Notes under the pieces: generated by a model
The model's database searches: none
What the model saw: the letters and a program-made list of their open reading frames with translations, nothing else
Told to the model about the DNA's origin: nothing
Part shown: positions 57,787 to 64,000 of the stretch, in pieces
Layout: each line of letters begins with the position of its first letter
Numbering within the stretch: the first letter of the stretch is position 1
Translations under genes and position numbers: made by a program
Assembly (NCBI GenBank): GCA_944324245.1
Contig: CALUVO010000009.1
Span: 19,793-83,792, forward strand
DNA: 64,000 bases
Reading direction: 5' to 3'
Origin: Candidatus Gastranaerophilales bacterium
GTDB taxonomy: Bacteria > Cyanobacteriota > Vampirovibrionia > Gastranaerophilales > Gastranaerophilaceae

Positions 57787-59466
57787 ATGACAGAATTATC
57801 ACCTTTACAAAAAGCAAGATTAGCTTTTAAACCGGTATTGCCTTCTACATTGGCTGCAGGCATTAAAAAAGTAGCTGTAATAGAAGGAGACAAAACAGAA
57901 TGCGTAAAAGATCAGGATCAGATTAAAAAACTTTTTGCTAATACATACGGCAAATGCACAGTAACTTTTAAATCAGGCGAAGAACAAAACTTTGCTGCAA
58001 GAAATGTAGGCGTAATTCTTTCTGGTGGCCAAGCTCCCGGAGGACACAATGTAGTTGCAGGTTTGTATGATGCACTGAAACAGGCTAATCCTGACAGCAA
58101 ATTATACGGCTTCCTTGGCGGTCCGTCAGGTATCATAGACGGTGAATATATTGAATTTACCGACGAAATTATTGATGCATACAGAAACACAGGCGGCTTT
58201 GATATTATAGGCTCAGGCAGAACAAAACTCGAAACAGAAGAACAGTTTGAAAAATCTTTAGCTAACTGCAGAAAACTCGGTATTTCAGGTATTGTTATAA
58301 TTGGCGGTGACGATTCTAATACTAACGCAGCAATGCTTGCTGAATGGTTTGTTTCTAAAAATGCAGGTATTCAGGTTATTGGCTGTCCGAAAACTATTGA
58401 CGGAGACTTGAAAAATGAACAGATTGAAATCTCCTTCGGTTTTGACACAGCTACAAAAACTTATGCAGAGCTTGTCGGTAATATTCAAAGAGACGTTAAT
58501 TCTGCTAAGAAATACTGGCATTTTGTTAAAGTTATGGGAAGAAGCGCAACACACGTAGCGCTGGAAGTAGCACTGCAAACTCAGCCCAATATTACTCTGA
58601 TTTCCGAAGAAGTTGAAGAAAAGAAAATGTCATTAAGACAAATTGTTGATTATATGGCAGATATCATTGCAAGACGTGCAAATGACGGCAAAAACTTTGG
58701 AGTAGCTTTGATTCCGGAAGGTTTGATTGAATTTATACCTGAAATGAAGACAATGATAGCTAACCTGAATGATGTTATGTCTGTTCTGGAACAGGATGCT
58801 TCATATAACAAGCTCACAGTTCCTGCTGACAGATTTGATTATATTGAAAGCAGACTTGAACCGGAAAATGCAAAAGTTTTTGAATCTCTTCCTGTGTTAA
58901 TAAAGGCTCAATTGCTTATGGATAGAGACCCTCATGGAAATGTTCAGGTTTCTAAAATTGAAACAGAAAAGCTTTTAATCGAAATGATTAAGGTAAAACT
59001 TGACGAAATGAAAGCACAGGGTGAGTTTATGGGTAAATTCTCTGATCAGTGCCATTTCTTCGGCTACGAAGGAAGATGTGCTTTTCCGTCTAATTTTGAT
59101 GCAAATTACTGCTATGCATTGGGCTACAATGCATATGCTTTAATTCAGTCTGGTTTGACAGGTTATCTTTCTTCTGTAAGAAACCTCACAGCGCCTTCTA
59201 CAGATTGGATTGCAGGCGGTGTACCCCTTACAATGATGATGAATATGGAAAGACGCCACGGACAGATGAAGCCTGTTATACAAAAGGCTCTTGTTAAACT
59301 TGACGGGCCTGTCTTTAAGAAACTTGAAGCCAACAGGGAAAACTGGGCAATGAATGATGAATATGTATTCCCTGGCTCAATACAGTACTGGGGTCCGAGC
59401 GAAGTTTGCGATATAACAACGCAAACATTAAAACTCGAAAGAGATTCCGCTTTAGCTTCTGTATAA
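57787..59466 (+). CDS. pfp: Diphosphate--fructose-6-phosphate 1-phosphotransferase (PPi-PFK, long form)
   Basis: '[15 protein letters not shown]', '[12 protein letters not shown]', 'PKTIDGDL' and 'MGRSATH'. Confidence 0.9.
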   Translation: MTELSPLQKARLAFKPVLPSTLAAGIKKVAVIEGDKTECVKDQDQIKKLFANTYGKCTVTFKSGEEQNFAARNVGVILSGGQAPGGHNVVAGLYDALKQANPDSKLYGFLGGPSGIIDGEYIEFTDEIIDAYRNTGGFDIIGSGRTKLETEEQFEKSLANCRKLGISGIVIIGGDDSNTNAAMLAEWFVSKNAGIQVIGCPKTIDGDLKNEQIEISFGFDTATKTYAELVGNIQRDVNSAKKYWHFVKVMGRSATHVALEVALQTQPNITLISEEVEEKKMSLRQIVDYMADIIARRANDGKNFGVALIPEGLIEFIPEMKTMIANLNDVMSVLEQDASYNKLTVPADRFDYIESRLEPENAKVFESLPVLIKAQLLMDRDPHGNVQVSKIETEKLLIEMIKVKLDEMKAQGEFMGKFSDQCHFFGYEGRCAFPSNFDANYCYALGYNAYALIQSGLTGYLSSVRNLTAPSTDWIAGGVPLTMMMNMERRHGQMKPVIQKALVKLDGPVFKKLEANRENWAMNDEYVFPGSIQYWGPSEVCDITTQTLKLERDSALASV

Positions 59467-59471
59467 CTCTA

Positions 59472-59499
59472 AAAAAGCCGGTTTTACAACCGGCTTTTT
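59472..59499 (+). terminator. Terminator after pfp
   Basis: 'aaaaagccggtt ttac aaccggcttttt'. Confidence 0.8.
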
Positions 59500-59609
59500 A
59501 ATATTTAATTAAAAATTGTAAATTCTTTAAATAAAAAGTAGCAAAAATATTTTTGTTTAAAATTTAATACAAAAGGATATTTTGTAAATTTAGGAAGAGA
59601 GGTCTTATT

Positions 59610-60245
59610 ATGCAAATCAATGCAATTTCTGCAGGTGCAGTTTCACGTGGCAACAATGTGTCTTTTAACGGTCAATGGAAGAAAAGAGCTGTTTATAACG
59701 GTGCTGATTTTCATATCTATAACAAAAATGAGTATATTCCTGACAAAAATGAAACAGCGTATGACATTTCAAATGCGTGGAAAAAAGAAACAGGTTTGTA
59801 TCCTATTGATTGGGTAAAAAAAGTTAATCCGTACAACCAAATAAAAAAAATCCCATACGGAGGAGAAATAGAAACAGAATATTCTATTAAAGGCAAAAAA
59901 TATATGCCTCTTGATGTATTAAAAGCTTCTGCGCTGCAAAAGTTAGAAAAGATAGAGAAAGAGGAATCCCTGAATAAAGAAGATAACCGTTTGGATGCAT
60001 TATTTGATCTTGCAGAGATTTCTAATATGGAAGATGATAAAAAAGCTGCAAAAGATTATGAGTCAGAAATAGTAAAAATATATGTAAACCAGAATTCTTT
60101 GAGACTCAAAAATGCTGTTGTAAGCAAGATGAATGAATATAAAGAAAATTGGGGCAGTGCTGTTTGGGCAAAAGATGTATATTCTTCAGGTCCCAAAAAT
60201 CTATATGAAGATTCTGATAAAATGATTAAAGATTATAAAGCATAG
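59610..60245 (+). CDS. Hypothetical protein (211 aa)
   Basis: RBS 'ggaagagagg' upstream. N-terminus 'MQINAISAG..GNNVSFNG'. No domain recognised. Confidence 0.5.
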   Translation: MQINAISAGAVSRGNNVSFNGQWKKRAVYNGADFHIYNKNEYIPDKNETAYDISNAWKKETGLYPIDWVKKVNPYNQIKKIPYGGEIETEYSIKGKKYMPLDVLKASALQKLEKIEKEESLNKEDNRLDALFDLAEISNMEDDKKAAKDYESEIVKIYVNQNSLRLKNAVVSKMNEYKENWGSAVWAKDVYSSGPKNLYEDSDKMIKDYKA

Positions 60246-60250
60246 GAATT

Positions 60251-60304
60251 ATAAACTATAGGTAAAAAGCGGAGGATATCCTCCGCTTTTTACCTATAGT
60301 TTAT
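60251..60304. terminator. Perfect 54-bp palindrome (27-bp arms, no loop) with a bidirectional terminator core
   Basis: 'ataaactataggtaaaaagcggaggat|atcctccgctttttacctatagtttat'. Confidence 0.8.
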
Positions 60305-60325
60305 CCGCCTGTAGATTAAATGCGA

Positions 60326-61141
60326 TTATTCATTGTTCTGCTCTTGTGTCTTCTCGTTTATCTTCAGAGTTCTTCTGATAAATTGCGCAGCAAGATCGTT
60401 AATAATAAGAAACTGATAAAAAAGTACAAAAGGTATTGCCAGTATACCAACTATAGTAAGTGTGAGGATAAAATTAACTATATTAGCCATTATTGTAATA
60501 GCAAATATGAGTAACAAATAAATAAAATATTCAAAAAAGTTTTTGGTAATAAATTTTTTTATAAGAGAAAAATTGAAAAAAGAAGCAAATTTTAGATTTG
60601 TGCAAAAAGCTAAACTGGATGAACTTATTAAAACTACAGCAAAAATAAATATAATCAGTGCTAAAAAAGTCATAAATATAAGACTTAATATAATAGCAGC
60701 TTTATTCTGCACATGTATTGTTATACAAAAGAAAATCAGAGGTGCCATCCAAATTATAAAAAGTACAATGCAGTATATACAAATAGCAATATTCGACTTT
60801 AATCCGAGCCAGAACATATCAGCCCAGCCGGTCCAATCCGGCAGAGGCGCATCCGGTCTAAATATTCGCAAATTAATATTTCTTGCAAAATACCCGCTTG
60901 AAAATATACCGAGTACAATGCAGATAATGAGTAGAACAAAGCCTGCAATCAGTGCATGTGGCAGCAGGTGTATGTACTGTTTTAGCTGTTCTGATTTTAA
61001 ATCGCTTATATATCTCAAAGCATAGTTTAAGATATTCATAACAGCAACGCACACCATAAACAAAGATCCGATTATCAATTTCTTTTTGCAATCCTTGTCT
61101 TTGAACATATAGCTGATTGCATTATCTATATTTAAAAACAT
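60326..61141 (-). CDS. Polytopic membrane protein (DUF4013-like)
   Basis: The N-terminus 'NAISYMFKDKDCKKKLIIGSLF' resembles DUF4013 starts. About 6 TM segments. Confidence 0.45.
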   Translation of the reverse strand: MFLNIDNAISYMFKDKDCKKKLIIGSLFMVCVAVMNILNYALRYISDLKSEQLKQYIHLLPHALIAGFVLLIICIVLGIFSSGYFARNINLRIFRPDAPLPDWTGWADMFWLGLKSNIAICIYCIVLFIIWMAPLIFFCITIHVQNKAAIILSLIFMTFLALIIFIFAVVLISSSSLAFCTNLKFASFFNFSLIKKFITKNFFEYFIYLLLIFAITIMANIVNFILTLTIVGILAIPFVLFYQFLIINDLAAQFIRRTLKINEKTQEQNNE

Positions 61142-61211
61142 AGTTTCACTCCTTTATCCTTGTTATTGGGATATTATAGCATATTTACAAATTCTGCTGT
61201 AAAATTTTTTT

Positions 61212-61409
61212 ATGGTATACAAGAACAAAATGAATGAAAAATGGAAAATATGCAGTTTCTGTAAGTATATAAAGTTCTGTACAGCCGGACAGGGCAGGAT
61301 ACAGGATCTTGCTGACAATCCTGTAGCGTATAATGACATAGGCTGCTTTGATTATGAAATATATAAAGTGTCCGCTGCCAAAACAAAGCAGCTTGGGTTG
61401 TTTAAATAA
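61212..61409 (+). CDS. Small Cys-containing hypothetical protein (65 aa)
   Basis: An ORF with 'CSFCKYIKFC'. No RBS is evident and it ends 4 nt before the tRNA-Gln promoter -35. Confidence 0.25.
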   Translation: MVYKNKMNEKWKICSFCKYIKFCTAGQGRIQDLADNPVAYNDIGCFDYEIYKVSAAKTKQLGLFK

Positions 61410-61412
61410 TTC

Positions 61413-61441
61413 TTGACATGAAACTGTGTGCTCGATACTAT
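61413..61441 (+). promoter_or_regulatory. Sigma70-type promoter for tRNA-Gln
   Basis: TTGACA (61413-61418), a 17-nt spacer, then TACTAT (61436-61441). The tRNA starts 46 nt downstream. Confidence 0.6.
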
Positions 61442-61486
61442 ATATATTACGGATGATTTGGGTGCCCGGTAATAAAAACAGAATAT

Positions 61487-61562
61487 TGGGGCGTCGCCAA
61501 GTGGTAAGGCAGCTGGTTTTGGTCCAGCCATTCCGGAGGTTCGAATCCTTCCGCCCCAGCCA
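61487..61562 (+). tRNA. tRNA-Gln (anticodon TTG), CCA encoded
   Basis: Acceptor TGGGGCG/CGCCCCA, anticodon arm GCTGG-TTTTGGT-CCAGC, T arm GGAGG-TTCGAAT-CCTTC, discriminator G. Collinear with the E. coli tRNA-Gln layout. Confidence 0.9.
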
Positions 61563-61588
61563 AAAAGCTCTCACATGAGGGCTTTTTT
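61562..61588. terminator. Terminator hairpin after tRNA-Gln
   Basis: 'aaaaagctctc acat gagggctttttt'. Confidence 0.7.
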
Positions 61589-61592
61589 ATTG

Positions 61593-61925
61593 CGGAAGGA
61601 TTCGAACAAGTTCTCATCCCCTCTCGTAAATATGACATTTAGTCATATTTACTCGGCAGAGTGCCTCAGCCAAAAAAAGCTCTCGCGAGAGGGCTTTTTG
61701 TTTTTACGAAAGGATTCGAACAAGTTCTCATCCCCTCTCGTAAATATGACATTTAGTCATATTTACTCGGCAGAGTGCCCCAGCCAAAAAAAGCTCTCGC
61801 GAGAGGGCTTTTTGTTTTTACGAAAGGATTCTTCGATTCCCCTCTCGAAAAACGATACTCAATCGTTTTTCTCGGCAGATTGCCCCAGAAAAATAAAAAG
61901 GTCTACATTGTAGACCTTTTTATTT
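61593..61925 (+). repeat. Three tandem 114-bp units, each with an inverted T-arm fragment, a variable hairpin, a copy of the tRNA-Gln 3' end and a terminator
   Basis: Units are at 61593, 61707 and 61821. Units 1 and 2 are nearly identical. Unit 3 has the same flanks but different hairpin and terminator stems. Confidence 0.85.
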
Positions 61926-62425
61926 TTCTATTGGACGATGGATGAGAACCGCAGGTGAGAATCGCGCGAGTGAGCAGAGTGTACTTTTTTGTCCAGTTTG
62001 ATTTGTGTGGATAGATAGATTATTTGGGTAAAGTTGGCTTTGTATGGGAGATGCCGGATAGAAAAAATTAAGTTTACTAAAATAATCAAACTGGAAAACT
62101 TTACTTTTTCTAGACTGTACGGTGTAAAGAAACTGGACAATACAGAAAATGGGAACTTGCCTCAAAGCCCCTCTGTGTAAAGGAATTTTAGAATAATTTA
62201 GGGTTACAGAAAAGTCCGGTATGTCCGATTTGTAGGACTACTATACTCACAAAAATGTAAAAAGTGGAAGAGAAGATGCCCAATAGCCTTATTTCTGTAA
62301 GACAATACCTGATAACAAACATAGGACTTTTGCCGTCAAAACATAACACGAGTTCCGTAAAAAATATTTTTCTGCCACAAAACGAAACTATAACGGAACT
62401 TTTTTAAGGAACCAAACGGAACCTG

Positions 62426-62737
62426 TTATTTAGACTTTTTCTTCCCCTCAACATGTTCTTTAATAACTTTATAAACATACCTAGTGGTTGTTTCGCAGGC
62501 TAGGGCAATTCTATTTACGCTTGTTGCATCAAGATAATTCTCAATAATATACTGCTTTTTGTATTGTTGATTGCAATGAGCATGGATTGAAAACTTTTCT
62601 CCTGCTGCATAGAACATTAATTTTTTAGTTGCTTCTAAGCCAATAATAGAGCAGAGATATTTTAAATCTTCTGTCGGCAAATTCTCTTCACTTATGTATT
62701 TTAACCATACAGGTTCTGTTTCAGAATTTCTAACCAT
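62426..62737 (-). CDS. Mor/repressor-like HTH protein
   Basis: The C-terminus 'SVNRIALACETTTRYVYKVIKE' is an HTH like the Mu Mor family. The start is set at ATG 62737. Confidence 0.5.
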   Translation of the reverse strand: MVRNSETEPVWLKYISEENLPTEDLKYLCSIIGLEATKKLMFYAAGEKFSIHAHCNQQYKKQYIIENYLDATSVNRIALACETTTRYVYKVIKEHVEGKKKSK

Positions 62738-62762
62738 ATTACACCTTATCTTAATTATAGTA

Positions 62763-62790
62763 CAAACGGAACCCAAGAAGGTTCCGTTTG
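62763..62790. promoter_or_regulatory. Palindromic operator candidate in the divergent promoter region
   Basis: 'caaacggaac(c) ..caagaa.. (g)gttccgtttg' has perfect 10-bp arms. The half-site AACGGAAC recurs at 62352-62358 (rc), 62392-62399 and 62414-62423. Confidence 0.5.
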
Positions 62791-62955
62791 GTTACGTCTG
62801 AAAAATTTTCTTAATACATCAAATATTTTGTTTTTTCAATATCACTTAAACAGTGATTTTTGAGCATTGAAAAAATCAAAACTAATATGTTTCGATATGG
62901 ATACATTGACTACACTTTTGAAGAAAGCAGAGTTAATGTGTGTGAGGAGGAAAAT

Positions 62956-63665
62956 ATGCAAACTTCAAACGTTGACTGGATTACAACTAAAGAACTTGCC
63001 GTAATTAAAGGAGTATCTGAAAGAGCTGTTCGTAAAGCCATTAGTAAAAACAAATATGTAATCAGAAAATGCTCTAAATCTTATGAAATTTTAGTAACAT
63101 CTTTAGAAGAAAATGTTGGAGAAAAAATAACAGCATCAAAGAAAAATCTGCTTTAATAACTCCGATATCGTATATTGTTCCGGAAACACAAAAGAAATTT
63201 GCTCTTGCAAAATATGATTTAATCAAAAAATGGGATGAATTTAGAAAAGGTAAGAAAAATAAAACAATTGCCGGAAAAGATTTTCTTGACGCATATAACA
63301 ACAATTGTATTTGTGAAGAATTATTTGATGTAATAGGCAAAGTTGCAATCGGAACAATTTACGAGTGGCATAAAAAACTCCGTAACTACAATGACGATTG
63401 GCATTGTTTAATTAATAATTATACTTTTTGTGAAAAGACTAAAAAAACATTAATGAAACCTGAAGAGGAAGCGGAATTACTTAAAAATTTATTTCAATTA
63501 ACCATGGCATTTTATTCTTAAAAAATAATTATTATGATGAAGCTCTATTCGGGGACAAAAAAGAAGTCATTATCAAATATAGCCTGTTCAACTTAAGTTC
63601 AATTAAGGTTTATAAATTGAACGGAGAATTTTTGTGTGAGGCAAAAAGGGTTGAAGCTATACTTC
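62956..63665 (+). pseudogene. MuA-like DDE transposase remnant: N-terminal HTH domains, frameshift, stop, internal deletion, short C-terminal fragment
   Basis: 'WITTKELAVIKGVSERAVRKAI' (62956-63156). The frame shifts by -1 to 'PETQKKFALAKYDLIKKW...IGTIYEWHKKLRNY' (to TAA 63519). Then comes 'KEVIIKYSLFNLSSIKVYKLNGEFLCEAKRVE' (63532-63665). No DDE core is present. Confidence 0.6.
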
Positions 63666-63901
63666 CTCTGGCAACTTGCTTGACCTATATAAACAACTTC
63701 TTTTGCACTATCATCAGTAGTACCATTGAATAAAAAATAGATTCCTGATTGCTTTAATTCTTTTCTGTCACTACTTTTCTTCAAATCTTCTCTGTTAATT
63801 TTGAATGCAACGCAAGTTGTTCCGGCAACAGAACATTTAATTCTTTTATTAGGCTTCCCATCCATTAGAAAAAGTTTTATTGTTTTCTTAAATTCAGCCA
63901 T
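63666..63901 (-). pseudogene. GIY-YIG nuclease-family gene, 3'-truncated at the junction with the transposase remnant
   Basis: 'MAEFKKTIKLFLMDGKPN...SGIYFLF...EVVYIGQAS', after which the frame runs into the antisense of the transposase fragment. RBS 'ggag' lies upstream of ATG 63901. Confidence 0.5.
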
Positions 63902-64000
63902 TTTTACTCCACTTTTTTTTAATGATAGCATAAAAAACAAATCTTTAAATTTGTAAACCATAATGCTTTGTTTATTTTAGCGAAAAAGCTCCTAAAGTAA

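Larger units (their letters stand above)
61930..64000. mobile_element. Degenerate Mu-like transposable element/prophage end (extends beyond the window)
   Basis: Contains arrays of short repeats (AAACTGGA, AACGGAAC), a Mor/repressor-like HTH gene divergent from a broken MuA-like transposase, and no intact transposase. Confidence 0.5.

Noticed and set aside
61185-61913. ORFs 61185-61574 (-), 61447-61638 (-) and 61575-61913 (+) from the ORF track.
   Set aside because: - They run through tRNA-Gln and the tandem repeat units.
- The repeated peptide 'RKDSNKFSSPLVNMTFSHIYSAEC' simply mirrors the DNA repeat.
- There is no RBS, and the amino-acid composition is not protein-like.
61593-61925. Considered whether the tandem units after tRNA-Gln are a small CRISPR array or minus-strand tRNA genes.
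   Set aside because: - Not CRISPR: the period is 114 bp, units 1 and 2 are identical throughout (no unique spacers), the variable parts are palindromes, and no cas genes are present.
- Not tRNA genes on either strand: only a 16-nt T-arm/acceptor fragment and a 10-nt 3' end are present, and no cloverleaf can be drawn (no acceptor partner, and the hairpin has a 10-bp stem with a 5-nt loop).

Overview
AT-rich chromosomal window from a diderm (Gram-negative-type) bacterium. I cannot assign a taxon from the sequence alone. About 60 credible CDS are present.

Housekeeping and envelope blocks:
- Divergent tolC-like / marR-hlyD-MFS efflux locus.
- queH / VKOR-DsbA / O-antigen ligase / DUF4330 / heptose kinase operon.
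- purA-waaA-(ATPase/TPR)-rsmG.
- hom-thrC-plsC-plsC.
- PPi-dependent phosphofructokinase and Mini-RNase III.

These are interrupted by accessory DNA:
1. A decayed island downstream of tRNA-Asp (15.1-23.4 kb). It carries four copies of the tRNA 3' end, each with its own terminator hairpin. It also holds a class III Fic gene, a 5'-truncated TpsB transporter, and, fused head-to-head to it, a 5'-truncated and frameshifted giant beta-helical repeat gene ending in a PilZ domain.
2. A LysR/TetR-controlled oxidoreductase/hydrolase 'detox' cluster (23.4-35.1 kb).
3. A CpxP/ZraP-like Cys/His-tailed periplasmic protein divergent from a NarL-type two-component system.
4. tRNA-Gln followed by three tandem 114-bp tRNA-end/hairpin/terminator units. 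Next to them lies a degenerate Mu-like transposable element that abuts a truncated GIY-YIG gene.

The least explained signal is non-coding. A set of GC-enriched, hairpin-rich intergenic modules (31.4-31.9 kb, 37.7 kb, 42.15-42.55 kb, 61.6-61.9 kb) share sequence blocks with each other and with the tRNA-Gln trailer. No CRISPR array, rRNA, reverse transcriptase, integrase or intact transposase was seen.
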